The notes below the pieces were generated by a model, which worked only from the letters and a program-made list of their open reading frames with translations, made no database searches and had not been told where the DNA came from. Shown one piece after another: positions 38,461 through 48,825 of a stretch of DNA of 64,000 nt; position 1 is the stretch's first letter; each line of letters starts with the position of its first letter. Made by a program: the position numbers and the translations under genes. The DNA is from Methylobacter sp. (lineage in GTDB: Bacteria > Pseudomonadota > Gammaproteobacteria > Methylococcales > Methylomonadaceae), in contig JAQTQN010000002.1 of the NCBI GenBank assembly GCA_028712225.1, positions 746 through 64,745 on the forward strand. Reading direction: 5' to 3'.

Positions 38461-38486
38461 AAAATGATTGGTTATTTTTAATTTTT

Positions 38487-39272
38487 TTAAAAAAAATTGC
38501 GGTTTTTTTTTCCATGCTTATCGGTTAAATTACGCTTAACCCACAAAGCACTATGAGGCTCATTAACTGCGATTTGATTTTTATGGCGTGGCTGAAGGGT
38601 ATAGTAATAAAGAATAATTGATTTCCTAAATTCACCGGAAGGAAAAGCAATGGGATCGGGTAAGCCATGAAAACTAAAGTCATGAGAATCAAAGGCAACA
38701 AGTCTATTAAACAAAGGAGCAATTTTTTTTACGCAATGTTTGCCTTTATTATCATATGCGCAAAATTCCCCGCCCCATTCCGATTGCCATCCTTTATTTA
38801 AATAAACAAGTACGTTTAAACGACGATTCAATCCGGTTGCATCATGATAATTACCATCAACATGAACATCAAGAAGCCCTCCCGGCATAGTCGCATTAAG
38901 CCCCCCTCCTGTAAAATAGGGGTCCGGCACTAACTTAGGAATATCAATTCTATTAGCAAGGGCTTTTATTACAATTGAAGAATTCAAAATTCTTACGGCA
39001 TCAACTATACCCTCAGGAATATCAAATTCAGATTTCCAATTTGTTCGATATTTAATTTCAATATCTTCATTATTTGAATATTCCCAATCGTAAATATTGG
39101 GTTCTGGAAAGTTTTCATGACAAATTTCGGCAAGTTCATCAGGAAAAATCCCATCTATAACTATATGTTTAAAAGGGTAGTCAAAATACTCGATGTCATT
39201 TTTTGCTTCAGTAATTTTTGCGCCACATGATATTGCCATCTCTTTAAGATTTGATTGTGAAAATAAGGTCAT
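38487..39272 (-). CDS. 2OG-Fe(II) oxygenase superfamily protein
   Basis: An HVD...H facial triad (LLDVHVDG, FSFHG) and the LNVLVYLN...WGGEF pattern of the prolyl-hydroxylase-like 2OG-FeII_Oxy family. Confidence 0.7.
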   Translation of the reverse strand: MTLFSQSNLKEMAISCGAKITEAKNDIEYFDYPFKHIVIDGIFPDELAEICHENFPEPNIYDWEYSNNEDIEIKYRTNWKSEFDIPEGIVDAVRILNSSIVIKALANRIDIPKLVPDPYFTGGGLNATMPGGLLDVHVDGNYHDATGLNRRLNVLVYLNKGWQSEWGGEFCAYDNKGKHCVKKIAPLFNRLVAFDSHDFSFHGLPDPIAFPSGEFRKSIILYYYTLQPRHKNQIAVNEPHSALWVKRNLTDKHGKKNRNFF

Positions 39273-39294
39273 GCAATACTTCCAAAATAAGATA

Positions 39295-40515
39295 TTAGGT
39301 ATGTTTTCTTTGTATTAAATACTGGCTGGATAATGCAGCTCTAAATAACAGCCGGTTTTGTTCTATTGCCTGAGTGTTATTTCCTGCTTCGACAGCATAA
39401 GCAAGAACTTTTCTAGAGACATTTTGTCTAGTCTCTAGACTCCATCCGGCAACATGTTTAATTGCCTGGACAAAGCCGGAAGGTGCATTGAGAGGTAAAG
39501 ACCAACCCACACCCTTTTGTTCTAAATTAAGCCAAGGAGTCTGATCACTTAATAGGACAGGTATCCCAGCTCGCAAGGCTTCGTGAATGGCATGACCGAA
39601 GTTTTCACCCAGAGATGGCAAAAAAAACAAGTCATGCCGGGCTAGAGTTTCAACTACATGCTCATGATTAACGCTGCCTTTATAAACTACCTGAATATTC
39701 TTAGGCAATTTAGCAATTAATAACTGGCACTTTAACCAGTAAGCTTTATTTTCAAGTGGCCCATAAATACTGAAGCACACGACAACCTTAACGTCAGCCA
39801 GTACACGTAATGCATAATCCAGATTTTTCATTGGGGAAATACGAGACAAAAAACATAATTGCAATGGTTTGGTTGGCGGTAATGACGTGCTTAGCTTAGG
39901 AGTTATATAAGGTTGATATTTAATATTTGGCTGTTCTAATAAGTCCCTTGCTATAAAAATAGTAGGTTTTGAAGCTATATATTTTTTTTTGAAAACCTGC
40001 TCAATATCTATTTTTTCTAACGGGGTAGATGCATGCCAAAAAACGTCACTATATAGACCAAATCGTTTTGAAATCCAGATATACAGTGCCTTTTTCTTAT
40101 ATTTAAGGACAAATGCGCCTTCAGAAAACTCGCCACGTGGCGCAATTATTAAAGGTTTTATGGGGATTAATCCCAATCGCCTAGCTATTAATGGTTGGAT
40201 TGTGAATGCCGGATCAAAAAAACTATTAAGGTAAAGAAAGTCATGGTCAGTTTCACGGATTAACCTCGCTAATCGCGGTAATAGGAGCATAGCATCACTA
40301 GCGTAAAACACATGCGCTTTACCAACACGGTGCCATTTATCAAGTTTTATTTCATGATAGGGCTTACTTGCACCATAATCGTGACCCGCGGTAATGATAT
40401 AAAAAACAAACTCATCACTCAGTAAGTCGACCATGTTCGCTATAGAACGAATCGGACCACCGGCAAGATTTCCAGGCAAATAATAGTGGGCAAAAGTGAG
40501 AATGGTCGGTTTCAA
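39295..40515 (-). CDS. GT4-family glycosyltransferase
   Basis: C-terminal motif FFLPSLGENFGHAIHEALRAGIPVLLSD (E-x7-E type). Confidence 0.75.
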   Translation of the reverse strand: MKPTILTFAHYYLPGNLAGGPIRSIANMVDLLSDEFVFYIITAGHDYGASKPYHEIKLDKWHRVGKAHVFYASDAMLLLPRLARLIRETDHDFLYLNSFFDPAFTIQPLIARRLGLIPIKPLIIAPRGEFSEGAFVLKYKKKALYIWISKRFGLYSDVFWHASTPLEKIDIEQVFKKKYIASKPTIFIARDLLEQPNIKYQPYITPKLSTSLPPTKPLQLCFLSRISPMKNLDYALRVLADVKVVVCFSIYGPLENKAYWLKCQLLIAKLPKNIQVVYKGSVNHEHVVETLARHDLFFLPSLGENFGHAIHEALRAGIPVLLSDQTPWLNLEQKGVGWSLPLNAPSGFVQAIKHVAGWSLETRQNVSRKVLAYAVEAGNNTQAIEQNRLLFRAALSSQYLIQRKHT

Positions 40516-40557
40516 AAATAATTTCTTTTTTAATTGTAATATTGATGCGGGGCGATG

Positions 40558-41787
40558 TTATTTAGATTTCGTTAGCATTTTATCCCACATATCAAGAAAA
40601 GCTTTGCTAGCGACCTCTTCTGTATAATTTTTTTCTACTGTTGCGCGACCGAGGTTACCCATATATTGATTCAAATCTTTGTTAACACAAAGACGTACCA
40701 ATCTATTTGCCAAAGCTTCGGTATCATTCAGTGGTACCAGAAAGCCATCTTTTTCATCTGTGATAATGCCATCAGGTCCCCCGCTACGGGTGGAAACCAC
40801 CGGCACACCACATGCCATGGCCTCCAGTAATACTAAGCCCAAGCCTTCTTCATCTGATGGCAGAGCAAATAACATTGCTTTTTGATACAACCCAACAAGT
40901 TCACTACTTGTTGGTTGTTTAATATAAATGACACGGTCATTTAGCTTGAGCTCATCGGATCGCTGCCAAAAATTGTCGGGCGGCTCCGAGAAGCCGGCAA
41001 GGACTAAACGAACCTTCTGCTGAACTGATTGAGGCATACGTGCGTAAGCTTCCAGTAACAATCCGATATTCTTGCGTGGATCACTCAGCCGACCGACACA
41101 TAAAATATAAGCATCATCACTCAATAATCGCTCGGTTAATGGATGAAATTTTTTAATATCAACGCCTGGTGGTGCATAACGCAAATCTACCTCACGATTG
41201 TTGGTAAATTGCCGCGCGTATTCCAGCATCCATAGGTTTTCTACTTGAATGGCATCAACTATGTGTAAAGCCCTGTTTTCTAGCTGATCAGTAATTGCAG
41301 TCATCCCTTTTCGCCACCAGTCGGTAAGGCTTTTAGGAGAAGCATCGCGTCGGCGCCGCTCAATTTTGACACTCGTTGCGACTTGTACCGCAACTGGCTT
41401 GCCTAAACCACAAACACTATTAGCCCAAGCAGTTGAGCCACACACAACTTGCAGAATATCGCAGTCAGCAACCGTTTCAGTTAATATTTTACGAGGAAAA
41501 TAGCGTAGAAACTCCAATTCGCCAGCCACAGCACCTACATGTATAAACGGTAGGTTATTCCATGTGCCTTTTGATATAGATGCCCCGCGAAGCCAACTGG
41601 CGGGTTGGGTAATGCCCAGATTGCATGGGTCTTTGAATGAGGTGGCAAGCGATATTACCTTGAGATCATAAAAACCAGAGCGCAGCACTGTGTCTTTTAC
41701 AAAATTCGCCACGGATGCAACGCCTCCGCCTTCTGCTAGCGAGGGTACAATTAACCCAATAATCGGTTTGTTCTTAGTTGGATTCAA
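40558..41787 (-). CDS. GT4-family glycosyltransferase
   Basis: FALPSDEEGLGLVLLEAMACGVPVVSTRSGGP is a canonical GT4 EX7E region. Confidence 0.85.
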   Translation of the reverse strand: MNPTKNKPIIGLIVPSLAEGGGVASVANFVKDTVLRSGFYDLKVISLATSFKDPCNLGITQPASWLRGASISKGTWNNLPFIHVGAVAGELEFLRYFPRKILTETVADCDILQVVCGSTAWANSVCGLGKPVAVQVATSVKIERRRRDASPKSLTDWWRKGMTAITDQLENRALHIVDAIQVENLWMLEYARQFTNNREVDLRYAPPGVDIKKFHPLTERLLSDDAYILCVGRLSDPRKNIGLLLEAYARMPQSVQQKVRLVLAGFSEPPDNFWQRSDELKLNDRVIYIKQPTSSELVGLYQKAMLFALPSDEEGLGLVLLEAMACGVPVVSTRSGGPDGIITDEKDGFLVPLNDTEALANRLVRLCVNKDLNQYMGNLGRATVEKNYTEEVASKAFLDMWDKMLTKSK

Positions 41788-41862
41788 GTTAATATCTCAG
41801 ACAATTGCATTGAATACATAATTAACGGTTTAATCGAAATGAAACTAAAAATAATTTAAATT

Positions 41863-43305
41863 CTATTGAATAGACCGATAAAAATTAACAATTAATATTA
41901 ATATTAAAAGTGGAGACATTATCATAGAAAATAGCCCTAAGTAGTCATTGAGAAAGTCTCCATCTACTCTAAATGCTATATAGCTGCCTATTTGAGCAAC
42001 AGGTAATAGAATTACAGCGCCATATGTAGCGACAACTCGTGAAAATGCAGAAAATAGAGATAATATGATTGCAGATATTATTGATACAGCGAAAAGACCG
42101 AGCCAACCAAGATTGTAATACCCACTTATAAATACGCCCATACTAGACGAGGAGGTGTCTGATCCTGTAACTTTTGCGTTGAAATCACTGCCGGAATTAC
42201 TAATGACAGGCTTATTTTTGAAAAAAATTCTAGGTAAAAAAACCCATCCTACGTTATCAATATCATTTCCACCTTGGTCGTGATTATAGAAATCGACGCC
42301 CGCATTTTGCGCACCAATATAACAAATACGGTACCAAGCGCCAGGACCAGGATCGTTATTAATATTATTGTTATCGGCTGAATATACTTGTCTTAAAATA
42401 TCTAACCGTGCTGATATGCTTTTATCCGGGCTAACCGCCAAAATGGCTCTGCCATCAAGAATAGGTTTCATTAAAAATGTTAAAGAAATGCTGGTAATAA
42501 CTACAGTAATTATCAAGATAACCGCATTTTGTTTGCGAATATAAAAAGCAATCATTAATACCAGAAAAGGACTAAGAATAGCCGCTTTGCTCATAAGAAT
42601 AAATCCACTTAGCGAATGAATTAGTGTTAAAAATATAGCAACAATATATAAAAATTTTTCACCTTTTCCTCGGTAAATTATACCTATTAATATCGCAATC
42701 ATTGCTAAGCTGCTAAGTATCCTGATACTGCCGTTGACAATTTCATTGTCTGATATATCAATATAAAAAATGTGTAATGAAATGCTGCTGCCAATAATGG
42801 CAAATAACCAAAATATTAATCGGATTGGTAAGTCGGCAAATATGACAATAAATGGCCGCATAAAAACATCCATGCTTTTGCCATTAAAAAAACTCGCTGA
42901 TAAAAGCAGTGTAGCTAAGCCAATTAGATTGATCCCAGTTAAATATACAGCGTCTTGTGCTGTTGTTGGGTACCAATTTAATGCCAAGTAAACCTGATCA
43001 TCGCTACCTAGCACTGGCAACAATGCACCTAATAAATCATATAGAGAAAAGGCCGCTATTAAAATTAAAAAGGGATCAGTGATTAGTCGCATTGCTCCAT
43101 CACGAAGTTCTCGTTGTAAAACCTGAAATGCATAAATCAGTGAAGTAATACAAATAAAACCTAATACCTTCCAGTTGTCAGGCGCTGTATATTCAGCTAA
43201 TAAGAGTGAGATGCATCCAAGTCCCAAGAATATAAGTGCCGGCGTTCTCCAAACTATTGGAAGACGTGCTTGCCCGGGAATGTTGAAACTTTGAAAATTA
43301 TTCAA
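41863..43305 (-). CDS. wzy: Polytopic membrane protein, probable O-antigen polymerase (Wzy-like)
   Basis: 480 aa with at least 10 TM segments and a large periplasmic loop. It sits among GT genes in a wzx/wzz cluster. No sequence motif was used. Confidence 0.55.
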   Translation of the reverse strand: MNNFQSFNIPGQARLPIVWRTPALIFLGLGCISLLLAEYTAPDNWKVLGFICITSLIYAFQVLQRELRDGAMRLITDPFLILIAAFSLYDLLGALLPVLGSDDQVYLALNWYPTTAQDAVYLTGINLIGLATLLLSASFFNGKSMDVFMRPFIVIFADLPIRLIFWLFAIIGSSISLHIFYIDISDNEIVNGSIRILSSLAMIAILIGIIYRGKGEKFLYIVAIFLTLIHSLSGFILMSKAAILSPFLVLMIAFYIRKQNAVILIITVVITSISLTFLMKPILDGRAILAVSPDKSISARLDILRQVYSADNNNINNDPGPGAWYRICYIGAQNAGVDFYNHDQGGNDIDNVGWVFLPRIFFKNKPVISNSGSDFNAKVTGSDTSSSSMGVFISGYYNLGWLGLFAVSIISAIILSLFSAFSRVVATYGAVILLPVAQIGSYIAFRVDGDFLNDYLGLFSMIMSPLLILILIVNFYRSIQ

Positions 43306-43451
43306 TTAAAACTCATTTTATCTGAAAAATATGATGGAATTTATGTAGTATTATAATTAATACATTTACAATAAAAACACAGATCTGTATTAACGAAAAT
43401 ACTATCCTGATTCAACCCGTCAACGATCGCCATTGTACTTGAGTGGTAATA

Positions 43452-44489
43452 TCAAGCAGATAAAGCTTGACCTACCTCGGCAAGGATTTTGTTTATCTGT
43501 TCAGTGTTGGCATAGCCGCTATTTAAGCATCGTGTTTTTCCGGCAGCAGCTATTTTTTTTCTGACATTATCATGTGTCAGATAAAACCGAAGCTTATCTT
43601 TAAGTTCATCATGACTTCCGAAAAACTCAGCTTCCTTCCCTTCTTCAAATAGTGAAAGATGATCATCGGTTCGTTCGGCAAGTAAGAATGTACCCAGTGC
43701 AGGAATTTCAAAGCTTCGGGTGGTGGTCGTTTCCGGAATCCATTTGCTTAAAAGTCCAAGCCCTATTTTGGTGTAACTAAGGGCATGGAGATAATTTTGC
43801 CCCCAAACACCGTTGCCACAAACATAAGGTCTAGCCCATGTATTATTTTTTGCATAACGCGGCCACTTTGGTCCCCAAATTTTCAACAGCCCCGCTTTAT
43901 CACTCGCTGCTTTCAGGGTTTCGGCATAGTGGTTTTCATAATGTCCAACAAAACAAACATCGGAGCGCCAATCGGTATTCTCTTGAGTAATAGCTTTATA
44001 AGTTGTGAATTTCAAATCAAATCCTTGTAATACTAACAATACTTTTTTGGCGCCAAGATGATGGTACATTTCGAGTTCAAATGGCTTCGTTGTAACCAGC
44101 CAATCGTATATTGGGATGCAGCGTTCAAAATAACGTGACTGGTGAAAAACAAGTGCAGGATCCGGCGTGTAATGCAGTGCAGGACAATGCAAACGTCGTT
44201 TTAGTAAATCCAGGGTTTCAGGATACAGCCAAACACCTTTATCTACCCAAATAAGATCAATACTCCCCACAGACCAAGAATGATTGATCAGTGCTTTATT
44301 AAAGCTCCAGACACTAGGGCCCCAATTGATTCGATGTGCAAGCGAGCAAATAATTCGGCTCCAATTATGCGGTAACGTCCAAAATGTAGTGTCAAAAGGT
44401 ACGAGTTTATGTCCGAGACTTGCCAAAGCAATCATACGCTGACGACAGGTTCCTCCCTCCCAAAGTGGACCGATATATAAAATTCTCAT
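43452..44489 (-). CDS. CgeB-like / Glyco_trans_1_2-type glycosyltransferase
   Basis: The C-terminal segment TRSFEIPALGTFLLAERTDDHLSLFEEGKEAEFF..ELKDKL.YL resembles the DUF3880/CgeB family. Confidence 0.55.
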   Translation of the reverse strand: MRILYIGPLWEGGTCRQRMIALASLGHKLVPFDTTFWTLPHNWSRIICSLAHRINWGPSVWSFNKALINHSWSVGSIDLIWVDKGVWLYPETLDLLKRRLHCPALHYTPDPALVFHQSRYFERCIPIYDWLVTTKPFELEMYHHLGAKKVLLVLQGFDLKFTTYKAITQENTDWRSDVCFVGHYENHYAETLKAASDKAGLLKIWGPKWPRYAKNNTWARPYVCGNGVWGQNYLHALSYTKIGLGLLSKWIPETTTTRSFEIPALGTFLLAERTDDHLSLFEEGKEAEFFGSHDELKDKLRFYLTHDNVRKKIAAAGKTRCLNSGYANTEQINKILAEVGQALSA

Positions 44490-45253
44490 CAGCGTGGCTT
44501 ACAAGCCGACATAAGAAAAACGCGGGTAAGTACCCGACTGCCTGCACTGCCGGTTTCAATCAAGTTCCAAGCCAATAGGTGCAACCGAATCAGTTGCCAG
44601 AGCCCGAATCGAATACTGGAAAACAAGGAATACCCGTAAGGCGGCGGATTGCACTCGCGTGCTTCTAATATAATGAAACCAGTGATTTTCAAAAGACGTC
44701 CCAAGGCATTCGGGGTCAAACCAATTTCGTGTGTAAAGTCGCTGTATCTATGCTGAGCCCCCCAAGGTCCTTCGGCATTTGGGGTTTGTAAAATTAATCG
44801 TCCACCTGGCTTTAAGGCAGCGTAGGCAGTATCCAGGAAACACAGTAATTCATCTTTGTAAAAGTGTTCGATGATGTCAAAACCTGTAATTAAATCAAAT
44901 TGATTAACGTGTGTTTCCAAGTATTTAATGACATTGGCTTCGGTAACATTAGGTGTGATTTGGCGCGAGAGGGCTACTTGATCAGGGCTAATATCAACCC
45001 CTTCAATGTTTTGATAACCTTGGTCTTTAAAAAAATGTAAGAGCGCTCCACGTCCACAGGCAAGATCAACAATACGGGCCGTTTTGATGTCTGGCAACCA
45101 ATTACGTAAATAATAGCTATAGGCAGAACCCCAGCGTAATGATGAGGCATAATCAAAAGTTTCTGAAGTATCTTGGAAGTTTTTACCGTAGTTGGCATAA
45201 ATACGCTGACGGTAGGTTGTAGAAAATTGACTGAATTTGGTTTTATTTGTCAT
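44489..45253 (-). CDS. Class I SAM-dependent methyltransferase
   Basis: Motif I IVDLACGRGALL and post-I/II motifs (GVDIS, LKPGGRLIL). Confidence 0.85.
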   Translation of the reverse strand: MTNKTKFSQFSTTYRQRIYANYGKNFQDTSETFDYASSLRWGSAYSYYLRNWLPDIKTARIVDLACGRGALLHFFKDQGYQNIEGVDISPDQVALSRQITPNVTEANVIKYLETHVNQFDLITGFDIIEHFYKDELLCFLDTAYAALKPGGRLILQTPNAEGPWGAQHRYSDFTHEIGLTPNALGRLLKITGFIILEARECNPPPYGYSLFSSIRFGLWQLIRLHLLAWNLIETGSAGSRVLTRVFLMSACKPR

Positions 45254-45267
45254 TTAGTTAATTTTTT

Positions 45268-46527
45268 TCATTTTATGCCGGCGGATAACCAGGGCTTGGC
45301 GAAGCAGTAAGCGACTATTAGCTGCACACCATAATAAATAGATACGGCAATAGTAGCGCCCCACAAGCCCCAAAGGTAAATGCAGACTAAGCCACTTGCT
45401 ATGGCAATTAATGTTCCAGTTCCTTCAATTACCAATACGCTTACTGTTGCGCCATTGGCATAACAAACTCTGTTTGCGACATGGGATAACACTAACAGAG
45501 AATATCCGCCTGCTATCCAGGGCAAGAGATAAGATACATTACGATATTTTTCCCCCAACATCACTTTAGCAATCCACGAATGGCTCAACCAGGTAACGTT
45601 AATAATCATGAATGCGCCAATTATAATTACAAGTACCCATTTGCCTAAATAGCGATGAGCGAGTTTTTGATTATCTTCTGCTAGTGCCTGTTGATAGACT
45701 GGCCGAATGACTGTTTCAACAATATTGCCAAAGATAAGCACTGGACGACTGGCGAGCCCGTATATTGCCACATAAAATCCAACGTCAGCAGGCGATAGTA
45801 ATGCAGCAATCATATAGCGATCAGCCATACCAGAAGCCCAGCCGAGAATTCCTAGCGGCAAAAGCGGTAATGTATATTGCCAAAAGCGCTTATGAAGTAT
45901 CTGTTGGCTTAAATCAGGATTAATCAGCGGATCCCTCTGTACAGCTTGACGCATAATCACGCAGGTTCCTAAAGAGGCCAAAAAGTAACCGATTAGCACT
46001 GAATTAATAGTAGCGTCTAGATGAACCGCTAACCAATAAGCTAATAATGGCCGACTCCATGACTCAGCGACAGCCCAGATGCTAAAAGCAAGGTGGGATC
46101 TAATTGCATTTAAGTATGCACAGTTTTGAATGCGAATAATTTCGACGGTAACTATGCCAAGTAATATAGCCATAGTCGATACTGTGCCCCAACCAACGTT
46201 TAGTGCTTCAACTACGCCAATTAATAGTATTGGAAAAAACCATAAGATAAGTTTACATAATTGCTGCCGAGCCACAGCTTTAACCATCGCCCCTTGTCCG
46301 AGTTGCGCATACTCGGGATAGTAACGTAATAGCGCTTGCATGGTCGGATTAGCAATTCCTGTAGATATAAGAGCAACAGCGCCCATCCATAAACTTATTT
46401 CCCCAAAAACAGTGGGGGATAGTATGTCTGTTAATAAACGAATCCCAGTTAATTGCCCTAGCGCCGATAAACCTTGCAATCCGCCAATTAAAACGCCATC
46501 AGATAATAGTGATCTTTTTTTGATCAT
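45268..46527 (-). CDS. wzx: Wzx-type oligosaccharide flippase (MOP superfamily)
   Basis: 419 aa with about 12 TM segments and the N-terminal pattern of Polysacc_synt proteins. It is the first gene of the O-antigen block. Confidence 0.7.
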   Translation of the reverse strand: MIKKRSLLSDGVLIGGLQGLSALGQLTGIRLLTDILSPTVFGEISLWMGAVALISTGIANPTMQALLRYYPEYAQLGQGAMVKAVARQQLCKLILWFFPILLIGVVEALNVGWGTVSTMAILLGIVTVEIIRIQNCAYLNAIRSHLAFSIWAVAESWSRPLLAYWLAVHLDATINSVLIGYFLASLGTCVIMRQAVQRDPLINPDLSQQILHKRFWQYTLPLLPLGILGWASGMADRYMIAALLSPADVGFYVAIYGLASRPVLIFGNIVETVIRPVYQQALAEDNQKLAHRYLGKWVLVIIIGAFMIINVTWLSHSWIAKVMLGEKYRNVSYLLPWIAGGYSLLVLSHVANRVCYANGATVSVLVIEGTGTLIAIASGLVCIYLWGLWGATIAVSIYYGVQLIVAYCFAKPWLSAGIK

Positions 46528-46576
46528 TTACTTACAAAATAATAGCTTTAATCTTCGGTGTATTATTGTCATGGTA

Positions 46577-47770
46577 TTAGCTTTTATTAGGCCGTAACCG
46601 TGTATAAAAAAATACCAGCGGTCGCATTATGTAATGCAATATAAATAGCTTATCAGGTAGCGCTGATAGCAGTTTAATATCGTCTATATTTGGCGTAAAT
46701 ATTCCCATTAAGAGTAAGCGTTTATCAGCCCATCCCTGAGGAATTAATCTGGCATAAAAATACACGTCAAACCGAAAGCGCTTAGTATTTATTTTTTCTG
46801 ACAGATTAAGAAAATTGAGTGATTTATTAACCAAGATTCGCGTAACTTTATCCCGATGATAAAAATTAAGAATGGGAGCTGGTACTGGTGTTTCATACAA
46901 AGTATTAGCCAATATCCAGCTAACGGTTAACGACCTCATTGAGTTAAGCTCATTAGCTAAGAGCACCAAACTATCAATATTTAGCTGATCATTGGCTTTT
47001 AAATATTCAATATAAAGAACAATATCCAAGAGCCATTTAAGTCGATGGTAAAAAGTCTGGGTGCCGTGCCAACAAAGATAAATAATCTCATAATTACTTT
47101 TATCTTCTAAAGAAGAGCTGTTAAATAATTGCCGAGTATAATTTTTAGAAAGGGCGGTTGAATACTGGCATGGCCTTACATGTAGTTCGAGCGGTACACC
47201 TGTTTTACGGGTGTAAATGACGTCTTTGTTTGACTGTAAATAAAGATGTTGCTGATTTTTAGACAATTGATCGTAAACGTTACATTCATAACCTAAAGTC
47301 ATGATTTTTTTATTCGCTTTATTTATTTGATAAGCCGGGATAATCAAATCAATATCTTTTGAATACCGTTTTACAATATCCCCATACAGCTTTTTAGCTA
47401 AAGGAATGCCCTTTAATGTTCGAACGGGTATATCTGCGACTTTAAAAAGATGAAGTAACTCACCATAGGTTGTAAAACGTTGATAGCTTTGACGGATATT
47501 TTTCTGGTATTTTTTATGTAAATACGCGTGCAGATCGTCGGGGAATAAAGTAACAAAATGGTTTTTACTATTTAAATACACGCATGGACATATATGATGC
47601 TGCTCTAAGAGCTCTCTAAAATAGGTGACATCAATAATACTAATCAGTTCGGAGACTTGCTCGATTTGGGCCGCTGTCATTGTTGGCCGGCTTAAAAGAA
47701 CTGCGAGTTTTAACTCTGAACGGGCCAATTTAGCAAGGTGGTTCATTTCATACTTTTTGTGTGGCACCAT
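46577..47770 (-). CDS. Uncharacterised-nucleotidyltransferase family protein (NTP_transf_5-like)
   Basis: LKGIPLAKKLYGDIVKRYSKDIDLIIP...LGYE matches the signature LKG..L....Y.....R...DiDlL of this family, which is often linked to PqqD/HprK-like peptide-modification loci. Confidence 0.7.
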   Translation of the reverse strand: MVPHKKYEMNHLAKLARSELKLAVLLSRPTMTAAQIEQVSELISIIDVTYFRELLEQHHICPCVYLNSKNHFVTLFPDDLHAYLHKKYQKNIRQSYQRFTTYGELLHLFKVADIPVRTLKGIPLAKKLYGDIVKRYSKDIDLIIPAYQINKANKKIMTLGYECNVYDQLSKNQQHLYLQSNKDVIYTRKTGVPLELHVRPCQYSTALSKNYTRQLFNSSSLEDKSNYEIIYLCWHGTQTFYHRLKWLLDIVLYIEYLKANDQLNIDSLVLLANELNSMRSLTVSWILANTLYETPVPAPILNFYHRDKVTRILVNKSLNFLNLSEKINTKRFRFDVYFYARLIPQGWADKRLLLMGIFTPNIDDIKLLSALPDKLFILHYIMRPLVFFYTRLRPNKS

Positions 47771-47799
47771 TAGGACTTTCGCAACACTACCTGAATAGG

Positions 47800-48825
47800 T
47801 TATTTTGACGGGTATGATAACGAAACAATGCTACCTTGAATACTGACTTGCTCGGATCGTAACAACTCCAGCTTCTCATAATAAGGATAAACCGCTGCGC
47901 ACAGCTCGTTGCCAGTACGATATGCCGCCGGTTCCGGATCGCCCGTGAATTTTGCCGCATTTTTCGAATGCGAACCGGAACGGTTTTTCATGGCCTCCAA
48001 TTCTGCCGGAGAGGGCGCTATTGAAAATAAATCCAGCAGGTCGGTCCAAACAATTTGCGGCAGCTGGCTGTAGTTCAGCAAAATCAACTCATTCGCCTGA
48101 TCGCAAGCCGCTTTGAAAAAATGCCTCAGCACTTTTACTGAATATTTGTCCAACTCGCCCGGCATCAGTGGTTCGGAATCCAAGTCCAGCAGGGCAGGGT
48201 CCACCAAGCCCGGCACCATTTGCGGCCCTCTTTGCCGTTGATGGGACGCCAGCACCTCTTCCGGTTTTCGGTAAATAAAAATAAAAGGCGTATCGGGAAA
48301 AGCCTTGCGAAACAGCGGGAGGCTTTTTATATGCCAGCTATCGAGTTTGATAAAAAAATGGCGTTCTTCCGCGAAACGTCTTTGTCCTAATGCCCCAACC
48401 AATTGCCGCAATGTTTTTTCCGCACCGTTTTGTCCAGGTTGGGCATGGTAGAGACTTAGATAGGAATCGATGATAGGCGGTTCCGACAGCACGATACAGC
48501 TGGGCAAGGAGGCGAATAATTGGGACAGCAGCGTCGAACCGCAACGCGAGGTATGAAAAATGAAAGCCGTTGGCGCCAGCGAGTTCTCGAAAGTATCCAG
48601 CGCATTGAAAGCCGTTTGCACGCAGAGCCTTTTATCCTGGTTGAGACTGGAGACACTATTATAAAAAAAAGGTTCGCTAAAGCGTTTTTCGCCGAAGAAG
48701 CGCCACCACAGTTTATCGATCCTGGCTACAACCGGATACCAGCCCGATAGGGATGGCAACTGTTCAAACGGCACATCTTGACCGTGAAGCAGTGCGCGCT
48801 CATTCGCGGAAAAATTTTCATTCAT
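47800..48825 (-). CDS. Sulfotransferase-family protein (Sulfotransfer_3-like)
   Basis: P-loop-like PAPS-binding motif FHTSRCGSTLLSQL. 4-nt overlap with the upstream hydroxylase gene. Confidence 0.55.
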   Translation of the reverse strand: MNENFSANERALLHGQDVPFEQLPSLSGWYPVVARIDKLWWRFFGEKRFSEPFFYNSVSSLNQDKRLCVQTAFNALDTFENSLAPTAFIFHTSRCGSTLLSQLFASLPSCIVLSEPPIIDSYLSLYHAQPGQNGAEKTLRQLVGALGQRRFAEERHFFIKLDSWHIKSLPLFRKAFPDTPFIFIYRKPEEVLASHQRQRGPQMVPGLVDPALLDLDSEPLMPGELDKYSVKVLRHFFKAACDQANELILLNYSQLPQIVWTDLLDLFSIAPSPAELEAMKNRSGSHSKNAAKFTGDPEPAAYRTGNELCAAVYPYYEKLELLRSEQVSIQGSIVSLSYPSK

